Shown here: in pieces, positions 10,031 through 18,796 of the stretch
How the letters are laid out: every line of letters starts with the position of its first letter
How positions within the stretch are numbered: the first letter of the stretch is position 1
IMG/VR virus record: IMGVR_UViG_3300028886_000061
Coordinates: 73,635-113,809 of that record
Direction: 5' to 3' (one strand)
From: a virus
Lineage: Duplodnaviria > Heunggongvirae > Uroviricota > Caudoviricetes
DNA: 40,175 nucleotides
Position numbers and translations under genes: made by a program
The notes under the pieces: generated by a model
Seen by the model: only the letters and a program-made list of their open reading frames with translations
What the model was told of the DNA's origin: nothing
Databases searched by the model: none

Positions 10031-11017
10031 ATGATTTCACTATATAATTATATCGTAGAGGCTATTTCATTGGATCTGGCTCGTGAATACGTTAAAATCA
10101 AACGTAATAAGAAATATGAGGCATATATGATGGCGTTCTGGGATGAATTAAAAAAATATATATTATCTCACGGCGGCAATGAATCCCGTAATAAGTATCG
10201 TTTATATCTACCATATACAGGACCAACTCCTAACGTAACTGCCGACGATACTGCATCTGCAGGGTCTGAATCGTATTGGACCACCAACCGTGAGGCCATT
10301 AAAAACATAGTTGCTCTTGTCTTGGATGAGCGTGGACAATGGATAGACCAATGGGATTACATCGGTGGTATTGTTGATGTTGCATTTAAGGACCAACAAG
10401 GAAACGTCAAAGTACGTAAGGGTCAAAAGATTGGTAAACTTATCGCAAAAGATACTATCCCAACAGGCAAAGGTAATATAAATGCATTGGATTTATTTTC
10501 AGCTGATCCGGTTAGATTAAGTAAGAATATCAAATCAGCCATATCTTCAAATGACCTTTGGATTGTCATTTCCAATCATGCATATGATATTGCCGGCATG
10601 TCAACCAATCGAGACTGGACATCCTGTATGAATATTATAGGTGGTGAATGTAAAGATTATGTTGAAAAAGATATAGAATATGGTACATTAGTATGTTATA
10701 TCATTGATAAGAAAGATACTAACATTGAGCACCCATATGGACGTATCCTTATCAAACCATATAAACTTCAACGTCCAAACTATCACGGATTCCTTCCTTG
10801 TCCTATTGTATACTCACCGGAGGTAACCGTATACTCTCCATATATTGGTCTTAAACCTATTAGGGAATGGTTGAAGAATATATGTGAGGATATTCAGGAG
10901 GGTGAAGGTATACTTCGTTCATTGAAGGAGTTATATAATGATAATTTCCACGATAATGTCGATACAAATTTTAAGGGTAAACGTGGTAAGAAACCCGAAT
11001 ATACCCAATTTAAATAA
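10031..11017 (+). CDS. Hypothetical jumbo-phage protein (328 aa) with YDIAGMST...WTSCM motif and capsid-targeting-like N-terminus
   Basis: ORF track. MISLYNYIVEA resembles T4 internal-protein N-termini; motif ISNHAYDIAGMSTNRDWTSCM. Confidence 0.7.
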   Translation: MISLYNYIVEAISLDLAREYVKIKRNKKYEAYMMAFWDELKKYILSHGGNESRNKYRLYLPYTGPTPNVTADDTASAGSESYWTTNREAIKNIVALVLDERGQWIDQWDYIGGIVDVAFKDQQGNVKVRKGQKIGKLIAKDTIPTGKGNINALDLFSADPVRLSKNIKSAISSNDLWIVISNHAYDIAGMSTNRDWTSCMNIIGGECKDYVEKDIEYGTLVCYIIDKKDTNIEHPYGRILIKPYKLQRPNYHGFLPCPIVYSPEVTVYSPYIGLKPIREWLKNICEDIQEGEGILRSLKELYNDNFHDNVDTNFKGKRGKKPEYTQFK

Positions 11018-11055
11018 CGAAAAAGGTCTCAGGGTCTTTTTATAATTTATATACT

Positions 11056-11724
11056 ATGCCACCAATTATTGAAAATCCTATAGAATCAGCAGGTAATTCA
11101 CAACAATTACGAAAGCCGTCTTCATTGAAATCCACATTCAATCCTATTAAGGAGATGAAGGGAGATCAACGATCACAGGCTATTCAATGGACTACGCAGA
11201 TCCTTGATGTGGCTATTAAAGGTCTATCAAAGGGTAAACGACTGGTAGCTAACCCATTCTACGAGAATAATGTTAAACTTCTCAAACCAGATTTGGTATT
11301 TGTCCACACCAAGGAGGAAGCTGACGAATGGAAGAAATGTGCAAATGATATCTTTTACTTCATCGAGACGTATGCCAAGACGATGACGCCATTAGGTATC
11401 CGTAATATCACATTACGTGATTACCAAAAAAGGTACCTGCAGTTACTCCTCGATCATCAATTGACGATCTACCGCGCAGCAAGGCAGTCCGCAAAGTGCA
11501 ACTTCTTCATTTCCAAAGTGTTAGTAAATATTTCTACAGAAGATTGCCTATTAGCTAAAAAAATAAACCTATCAAATTATTATATAAATGAAGATACATA
11601 TGAAATACCATTCTATGAGATATGGAATTGCTGCGATACCTCATTTAAGTGGAAAATCAAGTATCGACTTTATAAAATAATTGATAAGTTATATGCCAAG
11701 CAAAAAAGGAGCAAAGTGGGTTAA
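11056..11724 (+). CDS. terL: Terminase large subunit, N-terminal fragment (N-extein 147 aa) fused to split-intein N-half
   Basis: DIFYFIETY...LRDYQKRYL...IYRAARQSAK matches the T4 gp17 adenine-binding/Walker A region, then switches to intein-like CNFFISKVLV and stops. Confidence 0.92.
   Translation: MPPIIENPIESAGNSQQLRKPSSLKSTFNPIKEMKGDQRSQAIQWTTQILDVAIKGLSKGKRLVANPFYENNVKLLKPDLVFVHTKEEADEWKKCANDIFYFIETYAKTMTPLGIRNITLRDYQKRYLQLLLDHQLTIYRAARQSAKCNFFISKVLVNISTEDCLLAKKINLSNYYINEDTYEIPFYEIWNCCDTSFKWKIKYRLYKIIDKLYAKQKRSKVG
11497..11724 (+). mobile_element. Split intein N-half (IntN, 75 aa) starting at Cys148
   Basis: Cys directly after the Walker A Lys; block A-like CNFFISKVLV; EIPFYEIW helix; ends at TAA with no block B. 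Confidence 0.85.
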
Positions 11725-12877
11725 AAATCCGGAAGACAGCATTTTAAGATGGGAGTATTACAAAAAACAGGATCCTTCCAGAACACAGGAAGAATGTGAA
11801 ATACTTGCAATGAAACGCCGGAAGGCACGCAATAAGGGTAGTGTGGAGTACTATGAACTACACTACCCTAACTTATCCCACGAGGAACACATAAGGATGC
11901 TTGTGGAATTTCAGGAAAATTATAAAAAGAACCAACCAACACATATCGAATACTGGATTAATAAATATCCAGATCTTCCCACTAATGAACAGGAGAGATT
12001 ATTCCACGATTATATGAGATCAACCAATGGTGGGTGTATCGAGTTCTATGAACGAAAATATCCAGATAAAACACCGGAGGAACGTCAAAAGATGCTCGAT
12101 GATTGGTTAAAAAAACATCAGGTATCTCAACCAAAATTGGTTGGTGATAAAAATCCAGGACATTCCAAGAATACAACCGATTTGGAACGCAAACAACGTT
12201 CACCAAAATGCATAGAGTTTTATGAGTTGAGATATCCAAACCTTTCCCACGAAGATCATTTAAGGATGCTCAATGAACATAAATCAAATGTAACTAAAAT
12301 ATTACAGGACCCTAAAAATCAGGTATTATGTATTGAATATTGGTTGGATAAAGGATACTCGATCGAGGAAGCCGAACAAAAACTAACGAATGAATATCAA
12401 AAACGTTCCTTTACATTAGAAAAATGTATAAAAAAATATGGTGACGAAGAAGGCCAAAAAAAATTCGAAGAACGTCAGATAAAATGGCAAAAAACACTGC
12501 ATGAAGCATTTGGAAAATCAAAAATAGCACAAAGTCATATAGCAAATCAAATTATTAATGATATTAAGTCAAAATATGATGGTGAAACAGAGTATCTTGT
12601 AAATAAATATTCATTTGATTTCCGTTATAAAAATATTCTTATTGAAATAAATGGAGATTACTGGCATTGTAATCCAAGATTATACAAACCGTTCGAATTT
12701 AATAAAGTTATTGGTAAATACGCTCATGAAATATGGAAAAAAGATGAATTAAAAAAGAAAATAGCTGAAGATGAAGGTTATTTGGTTTATATAATATGGG
12801 AATATGATTATAGAAAAAACCCAAAAGAAACCCTCGACAAATGTTTATTATTCATACATGATAATATTTCTAATTAA
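11693..12877 (+). CDS. Free-standing homing endonuclease A, Vsr-like/EDxHD-type PD-(D/E)xK, with N-terminal repeats (394 aa from ATG 11693)
   Basis: C-terminal FDFRYKNILIEINGDYWHCNP...IWKKDELKKKIAEDEGYLVYIIWE; about six IE(F/Y)Y..(R/K)YP-type repeats; KCIKKYGDEEG motif; start overlaps the IntN end by 32 nt. Confidence 0.85.
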   Translation: MPSKKGAKWVKNPEDSILRWEYYKKQDPSRTQEECEILAMKRRKARNKGSVEYYELHYPNLSHEEHIRMLVEFQENYKKNQPTHIEYWINKYPDLPTNEQERLFHDYMRSTNGGCIEFYERKYPDKTPEERQKMLDDWLKKHQVSQPKLVGDKNPGHSKNTTDLERKQRSPKCIEFYELRYPNLSHEDHLRMLNEHKSNVTKILQDPKNQVLCIEYWLDKGYSIEEAEQKLTNEYQKRSFTLEKCIKKYGDEEGQKKFEERQIKWQKTLHEAFGKSKIAQSHIANQIINDIKSKYDGETEYLVNKYSFDFRYKNILIEINGDYWHCNPRLYKPFEFNKVIGKYAHEIWKKDELKKKIAEDEGYLVYIIWEYDYRKNPKETLDKCLLFIHDNISN

Positions 12878-12937
12878 CATAAGTTAATTAAAATTTCCCT
12901 TGCTGTTTGTTATTTTATAGGTATAGGTAGTAATATT

Positions 12938-14566
12938 ATGAATACCCCATCCATAGAATATATAAGGGCACATAAATATCATCGCGATTTTTATTTGAAC
13001 CGGGATTTCCCTGGTTTTTTGGAGATGCTTGTTGAAAAATTTCCAGATATCCAAAATCAATCCGAACGTATTTGGTTATATTTTAACGACCATCCAGTAT
13101 GCCCAATATGTGGTGGTCGGGTTAAGACATTTATAAATTTCAATAAAGGTTACACAAAGTATTGTTGTCCAACGTGTGCCCAGAAAGACCCCATGGTGCG
13201 TGAGAAAAATGAAAAAACAAATACCATTCGGTATGGAAAGGATCATGTAAAACGCCGCGTGGAAAAAACCACGGAAACCAAACTTAAACGGTATGGAAAG
13301 GCTGGGTATAACAATCCGGAGGCTATGAAGTCTACCTTTATTGAACGATATGGTGTGGATAATCCATTGAAGTCTGACGCTGTGAAAGAGAAGGTCAATG
13401 AGACCAATATGAAAAAGTATGGTGCCACCCGTAGGATAGCATCCGCAGACTATCTGAAACAAAAACGGGATCATATAGACAATCAGTTAATCAAAAAATA
13501 TCCAGAAGTTATACAAGTCATTGACCACCACGATGGATTACCAATATTCAAATGTTCATGCACAGATCCAAAATGCGCCAAATGTCAGGAACGAACGTTT
13601 GAAATAGGATACTGGATGTATTATGAAAGGAAATTTGTATATAAAACAGAAATATGTCCAGTTAAAAATACCATATATAAGAACAAAAACACCAATATAG
13701 AGTTATTTGTACAAAATATTCTTGATACCCACTCTGTGGAGTATGTAACCAACAACCGTAAGGTACTTTCAGGTACTGAACTTGATATATATATTCCATC
13801 ACGGAATCTCGCTATAGAATGTAATGGTATTTACTGGCATAGAACGGCTCCTGATAGTCGGATTTCTAAAATTTACCATCATACAAAATGGGATGTATGT
13901 AGAAAACAAGGAATCCAGTTACTTACCATATGGGAGGACCAGATAGTTAACAAACCGGAGGTTGTCCGAAATATTATACTATCACGGTTGGGTATATATA
14001 ACGAACGCATCGGAGCCAGTAAGTGTAAGGCGCTTGAAGTACCAGTTACAGAAGCTATAGAATTTCTTGATAATAACCATATACAAGGCTCCGTCAATGG
14101 ATCCATCAGGTTGGGATTATATTATAAAGATCAACTTGTAAGTCTGATGATGTTTGGTCGTAAGCGTAAGGTACTTAATTCCGAAGATAAGGAAAATACA
14201 TATGAGCTTTACCGTTACTGTAATAGATGTGGAACCCAGGTCATTCATGGTGCAGAACGTCTATTTAAGCATTTCTTAAAAGATCATCCGGGATGTATAA
14301 TTGAATCATTTTCCAGCAACGATATATCTATGGGTGACTTATATAAAAACCTTGGATTCGATCTCGTTGGTGAACAGCCAACATCTTATTGGTATATAGA
14401 TAAGAATTTTCAACGCCATCATAGATACACATTCCGTAAAGATATTCTTGTAAAAAACGGAGCAGATCCAAATATGACTGAGTTTGAGATAACTGATAAT
14501 ATGGGGCTGTATAGGATATACGACTCAGGACAACAAAAATGGAGATATGATAAGACTTCTAATTAA
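12938..14566 (+). CDS. Free-standing homing endonuclease B (542 aa): Cys-rich/KYG-repeat N-terminus, Vsr-like nuclease domain, Hef-like C-terminal domain
   Basis: CPICG...YCCPTC; repeated RYG/KYG units; ELDIYIPSRNLAIECNGIYWH...IQLLTIWEDQ; C-terminal FLDNNHIQG...LGLYYKDQLVSLMMFG...YELYRYC...YRIYDSGQQKW resembles phage Hef-like endonucleases. Confidence 0.85.
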   Translation: MNTPSIEYIRAHKYHRDFYLNRDFPGFLEMLVEKFPDIQNQSERIWLYFNDHPVCPICGGRVKTFINFNKGYTKYCCPTCAQKDPMVREKNEKTNTIRYGKDHVKRRVEKTTETKLKRYGKAGYNNPEAMKSTFIERYGVDNPLKSDAVKEKVNETNMKKYGATRRIASADYLKQKRDHIDNQLIKKYPEVIQVIDHHDGLPIFKCSCTDPKCAKCQERTFEIGYWMYYERKFVYKTEICPVKNTIYKNKNTNIELFVQNILDTHSVEYVTNNRKVLSGTELDIYIPSRNLAIECNGIYWHRTAPDSRISKIYHHTKWDVCRKQGIQLLTIWEDQIVNKPEVVRNIILSRLGIYNERIGASKCKALEVPVTEAIEFLDNNHIQGSVNGSIRLGLYYKDQLVSLMMFGRKRKVLNSEDKENTYELYRYCNRCGTQVIHGAERLFKHFLKDHPGCIIESFSSNDISMGDLYKNLGFDLVGEQPTSYWYIDKNFQRHHRYTFRKDILVKNGADPNMTEFEITDNMGLYRIYDSGQQKWRYDKTSN

Positions 14567-14954
14567 CATACTAATATTTATAATTGGTTTTATCGACCGA
14601 TTCGAAAAGGATGACGAAAAGATAATTAAGTCGTTCGATCTTAACGGTGTCGAAGTGAAGACGGATACCGGTTGGCAACCAGTATCCCAGATTCATATGA
14701 CTAAACCGTTCTCCATATATACTGTTAGCACCAAGGACTATGAACTATCAGGTGCGGATACCCATATATGTTACGATGAACTTTTTAACGAAAAGTTCCT
14801 TAAAGATTTTCATGTCGGTGACTATATAATGACTATCGATGGACCACAGCTCGTCCATAAGGTGACAAAGAATCCAACCAAGGTGTGTATGTGTGATATA
14901 TCGGTTGAATCCGAAGATCACCGTTATTACACCAACGGTATTCTCTCACACAAT
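14547..14954 (+). mobile_element. Split intein C-half (IntC, 136 aa) ending His-Asn, with Thr at +1
   Basis: VEVKTDTGWQPV (N2-like), SGADTH (block B-like), MCDISVESEDHRYYTNGILSHN|T (blocks F/G). Confidence 0.9.
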
Positions 14955-16502
14955 ACCACATCTTCTGCTATGTTCTTACTTTGGTATATCCTATTTAATA
15001 CGGATAAAAATGCCATTGTATTAGGTAATAAGGGCAAAACAGCTAAGGAAATTTTATCCAAAGTTAAACAGGTATTCCTCGAAGTACCTCACTTCCTCAA
15101 ACCCGGTGTGGAGAAGTGGAATGAAAACGAGGTGGTATTTGATAATGGATGTCGTATCCTTACAGAAACCACCGTTGCAGAACCTGCTATCGGTTTCACA
15201 TTGCACTGTGTATTGCTTGACGAGTTCGCCCATATTGCACCAAATATCCAGGAGCCGTTCTACTCCAATATCTTCCCAACCATTGATGCAGCAAACGCAA
15301 AACTTATGATTACCTCAACCCAGAACGGTCCGGATCTGTTCTGTCGTTTATTCGTTGGTGCCGAGAATGGTGAAAATGACTTCGCTCCATTTACCACCAA
15401 CTGGGACGAGGTGCCTAACTGGAACAAGGAGAAGAAATGTTGGGAGAAACGTGATGAGGAATGGCGTAGACGTAAGGTGGCAAACCTCGGTTCAGAAGAA
15501 GCATTCAATGAACAATATGGATGTGACTTCGCGGTGGCCACCAACGCACTTATCCCACAACGTTATCTTACTAAAAATCAACGGTTTGTTAAACACTTCG
15601 TTAATAAGGAAATACTTGGAGTATCACATGCGGATTGCTTCTTCTGGGATCCGGATTACGACCCAATGGATTTACGAAAAGACTATGTGGTGTTCACGAC
15701 CGATATTGCCACTGGCGTGCAAGAGGACTACACCAACGTACAGATCAATAAGTTAATAGGAGTGGACGAGGAGCGCAAACCAATATTTAAGGTTATTGGA
15801 TATTTCCGTACCAATATCCTGGATGATAATGAATGTTGTCGTTCGATAGCCGAGTTTATAAATCTATACTGTCACCACGATAGATACCTATATAGTTTTG
15901 AGAGCAACCTCTATGGTGACCTGTGGAAATCCAACTTCAAGCAACTTGCTGATGTGGAGTTCACTACAAACTTCACTATGGATAACTTCATTAAATTCTA
16001 TAACGAGGCACTTACCAGATTCCGTTATGGTGTTCAGATAACCTATAAATCGAAGCAGCTCGGTTGTAAACTCTTCCGTAATGCATATACCAAAGGAACC
16101 ATCATTAATCACTCCCATATATTCTTCAATGAACTTAAGTGTTTCTGTGATAAGAATGGTAACGGTACGTACGCTGCTATCTACGGGCATGATGATACCG
16201 TTATGTCACAGATTCAGTTGCCACTTATATACGACACCATCCAATTTAAGGAGTTCCTCGAAGAATTCATTGCAAATACCGGTGCGGAAGATAAGGGTCA
16301 AAATGAGAACTTCTATCAGGATATCCAACCAGAAGGATCCGGTAGAATCCAATCACCGGCCGAGTTGATGCAGATACGTGAATTTGCACCCTCATCGTTC
16401 GCTCAATTACGTCAAAATAATCAAAATAATCAAAGTGATATCATTTATGGAGTACCGCAAATGGGTAACATAGGAGAGGGTGGTACATTATATGATTTTT
16501 GA
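14547..16502 (+). CDS. terL: Split-intein C-half fused to terminase large subunit C-terminal fragment (rest of ATPase plus RNase H-like nuclease)
   Basis: After SHN the protein resumes TTSSAMFLLWYILFN...LGNKGKTAKEIL; Walker B VLLDEFAHI; ITSTQNG motif III; FNEQYGCDF; nuclease DIATG...DY...GHDDTVMS. Confidence 0.93.
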   Translation: MIRLLINILIFIIGFIDRFEKDDEKIIKSFDLNGVEVKTDTGWQPVSQIHMTKPFSIYTVSTKDYELSGADTHICYDELFNEKFLKDFHVGDYIMTIDGPQLVHKVTKNPTKVCMCDISVESEDHRYYTNGILSHNTTSSAMFLLWYILFNTDKNAIVLGNKGKTAKEILSKVKQVFLEVPHFLKPGVEKWNENEVVFDNGCRILTETTVAEPAIGFTLHCVLLDEFAHIAPNIQEPFYSNIFPTIDAANAKLMITSTQNGPDLFCRLFVGAENGENDFAPFTTNWDEVPNWNKEKKCWEKRDEEWRRRKVANLGSEEAFNEQYGCDFAVATNALIPQRYLTKNQRFVKHFVNKEILGVSHADCFFWDPDYDPMDLRKDYVVFTTDIATGVQEDYTNVQINKLIGVDEERKPIFKVIGYFRTNILDDNECCRSIAEFINLYCHHDRYLYSFESNLYGDLWKSNFKQLADVEFTTNFTMDNFIKFYNEALTRFRYGVQITYKSKQLGCKLFRNAYTKGTIINHSHIFFNELKCFCDKNGNGTYAAIYGHDDTVMSQIQLPLIYDTIQFKEFLEEFIANTGAEDKGQNENFYQDIQPEGSGRIQSPAELMQIREFAPSSFAQLRQNNQNNQSDIIYGVPQMGNIGEGGTLYDF

Positions 16503-16526
16503 TGGATAATTCGCTCCCTAATAAAA

Positions 16527-16569
16527 GATCTCACCGTCCCTTAATAGTTATACAGGGGACGGTGAGATC
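16527..16569. repeat. Dispersed palindrome family, copy 1 (14-bp stem, 15-nt loop)
   Basis: GATCTCACCGTCCC-TTAATAGTTATACAG-GGGACGGTGAGATC. Confidence 0.85.
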
Positions 16570-16704
16570 GTTGTTTATAGAGGAGATTTTTAAGCTGCGT
16601 CTTGAACTGTCCAATCGGAGGGGATGCCGTTATTACCACTCGGCAGTTTCAAATATTTTTATATGTTTCATATTCTTAATTTTTTGTCTATACATATATA
16701 ATAG

Positions 16705-16741
16705 TTGTTAAGTTTACCGGAATGCCAGTTATATATATTTG
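16705..16741 (+). promoter_or_regulatory. Conserved phage promoter motif, copy 2
   Basis: TTGTTAAG-N12-CCAGTTATATATATTTG, 15 nt upstream of ATG 16757. Ends in TATATTTG, matching the Bacteroides -7 element TAnnTTTG. Confidence 0.75.
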
Positions 16742-16756
16742 ACATAAAAGAAAGAT

Positions 16757-17299
16757 ATGTTTAAGTATAGAGAATTTCCCATTTTCAGTAAGGACAGACG
16801 GCGCAGCTGCTTACTCCAGGTCTCATGCGACGTAGACGTGATTCCTACGAATGAGTTTATTGGTACACCCAAAGCCATAGCCAACGATGTACACTACACC
16901 GTGTACTCCAAGTATACGAAGTATGAGTTCGGTGGATACAGCGGAGACAGCAAGCATTACAACTACTACTCCAAAGCATCCGAGGCCGCTCGTAAAATCA
17001 ACTCCTTACTTAAGGAGCCCGGCCGGTTTACCCATGAGGATATGAAGGTCGAGCTCAATAACCTCATAGCTCCGGTACAACACAAACTCAACAAGGAGGC
17101 TCACGAGATCCGTATGAGTGAGTTTATGAAGGACTTTAAGCAGTTGATTCTTAAGTACGGATTGACTATCAAGCCTTATGAGATAGACGCCGAGTATCAC
17201 GAATCCATTACCTATTACGATATTCATGATGAGTTTGATAGAGAGAATCTCGAAGATATGATTAACGATATGATGAACGAAGCAATACAGGGAAAATAA
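16757..17299 (+). CDS. Hypothetical protein (180 aa)
   Basis: ORF track; first gene after promoter copy 2. Confidence 0.75.
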   Translation: MFKYREFPIFSKDRRRSCLLQVSCDVDVIPTNEFIGTPKAIANDVHYTVYSKYTKYEFGGYSGDSKHYNYYSKASEAARKINSLLKEPGRFTHEDMKVELNNLIAPVQHKLNKEAHEIRMSEFMKDFKQLILKYGLTIKPYEIDAEYHESITYYDIHDEFDRENLEDMINDMMNEAIQGK

Positions 17300-17300
17300 T

Positions 17301-17708
17301 ATGGCAAACAAAAACTTCATTTTTTACAACCCCAATCCCAAGCAGCGCTTCCACAAAGATGGTAAGCCGTATAATTGGACAGAATGTGACTGCGTAGTCC
17401 GAGCATTCTCCAAGGCGCTGGATCTCTCGTGGAAGAAGACCTACGAGATGATGTGTAAGGTTGGTATGGACAACTACACGATGCCCAATTCCGATAAGGC
17501 AATCTACATAGCAGCTACCGCGGCCGACTTCCGTAGGGTCACATACAAGGCTGGTGAACGTAAACCCTTAAAGGAATGGGTTAAGAGTCATAAAAAAGGC
17601 ACGTTCCTGGTGCGAGTCAGTGGTCACATCACTGCCGTGATTGATGGTAAGATATACGATGCATGGGACTGCTCCGACTACTGCGTAACATCTTATTACG
17701 AACGTTAA
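17301..17708 (+). CDS. Putative papain-fold cysteine peptidase-like protein (135 aa)
   Basis: DCVVRA...GHITAVIDGKIYDAWD gives a Cys/His/Asp arrangement like C39/NlpC-type folds; function inferred. Confidence 0.5.
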   Translation: MANKNFIFYNPNPKQRFHKDGKPYNWTECDCVVRAFSKALDLSWKKTYEMMCKVGMDNYTMPNSDKAIYIAATAADFRRVTYKAGERKPLKEWVKSHKKGTFLVRVSGHITAVIDGKIYDAWDCSDYCVTSYYER

Positions 17709-17759
17709 TACTTATTGCGAACTTAAAAACTATAAGGAAATTAATTAAATCGAAATTAT

Positions 17760-18206
17760 ATGAATACAGTAGAAAATGTCAATCCAGACACGTTATTCCG
17801 CCGATATTTTGCAAATCGTGAAAAATTCCAGCAGGAACTCCACAAGTACCGTAAAGCAGTGTCCGATCTCCACTTCAACGAAATTCTTATCAACTCGCTG
17901 AAAAGATCGCTCGCCGTATATCCGAATGGGTCGGATGTAGCTTGGCGAATCCGTCAGGAAATTCAAATCCTCAAAGAAAAACGCATCGATCTCAATTCGA
18001 TTGTCAAGACCCGTAAGCAAAATATGCAAGGGGCCAGGGTTCGCGCTAACAAATATGTAGACTTGTATAAGGAAGTCAGGAGTATGGATCGTCTTGGTGA
18101 AGGGAAGATCACAATTACAGTGACCTCCGAGAATAGTAAGATTTATGTTGTTGGTGTTCTTATACTCGAAAGTGGTGAAGAAAAAACATTTACATTTGAA
18201 AGATAA
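17760..18206 (+). CDS. Hypothetical basic coiled-coil protein (148 aa)
   Basis: ORF track. Confidence 0.65.
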   Translation: MNTVENVNPDTLFRRYFANREKFQQELHKYRKAVSDLHFNEILINSLKRSLAVYPNGSDVAWRIRQEIQILKEKRIDLNSIVKTRKQNMQGARVRANKYVDLYKEVRSMDRLGEGKITITVTSENSKIYVVGVLILESGEEKTFTFER

Positions 18207-18216
18207 ATCAAATAAT

Positions 18217-18792
18217 ATGAAGAAAACTCCTATCCCACAAGCAATTGGTGACCCAGGAACGGTCGTTAATCTATACACCCTGGAGAAGCTGCGTCAACAA
18301 CAATATACAGTAATGGCAAGTAATCGCCTTAATTACGAGGTGCTCTTGAAGGAAGCTCATGAGGATGATATAATGGTACTATCTCTTACACCATTCTGTA
18401 ACAAGTGGTATAAATATGATATTAGTCCACATTCAGGTAAGCAACGTCATATAATGCAGCTAAAGAATGATGCGATTGATATGCTACAAAATGCTAAAAA
18501 AAGCCGCATAAATCTATATACCAAACTCATTCCTGACCGTAAGAATGTATATAAGCGTTCGATGGTGCATTATCAGCGGTTGAACTCTATGATTAATCAG
18601 ATGAAATGCATCCTGATCGTTGAGTGGAATAAAACCAATTCTCCAGAACTTAAAGCCAAACGTGAGTTGGATGTATGTTCTACCCCGTTAACATATAAAG
18701 TAATCTCTGGTGAGTGGGGATCAAAAACCGGATGGCATGCAGAACTTATTTGGACATCACCATCCGGTCAGGCATTTGCAGTAACCGTGTAG
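18217..18792 (+). CDS. Hypothetical protein (191 aa from ATG 18217)
   Basis: Track ORF 18145..18792; the A-rich leader and lack of overlap favour MKKTPIP at 18217. Confidence 0.65.
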   Translation: MKKTPIPQAIGDPGTVVNLYTLEKLRQQQYTVMASNRLNYEVLLKEAHEDDIMVLSLTPFCNKWYKYDISPHSGKQRHIMQLKNDAIDMLQNAKKSRINLYTKLIPDRKNVYKRSMVHYQRLNSMINQMKCILIVEWNKTNSPELKAKRELDVCSTPLTYKVISGEWGSKTGWHAELIWTSPSGQAFAVTV

Positions 18793-18796
18793 TTCA

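Noticed and set aside
11497-14954. Group I/II introns as the explanation for the split terL
   Set aside because: Both fragments carry clear intein motifs at the exact junction. The ORFs overlap or are only 60 nt apart, leaving no evident room for a ribozyme core. Not formally excluded without RT-PCR.
16590-16655. Possible tRNA or structured ncRNA
   Set aside because: Only a weak imperfect stem (TTGAACTGTC...GGCAGTTTCAA); no cloverleaf or T-loop consensus. I saw no tRNA or rRNA anywhere in the window.
16499-16711. 70-aa ORF after terL
   Set aside because: It runs through the palindrome and into promoter copy 2, and its composition reflects AT-rich intergenic DNA.
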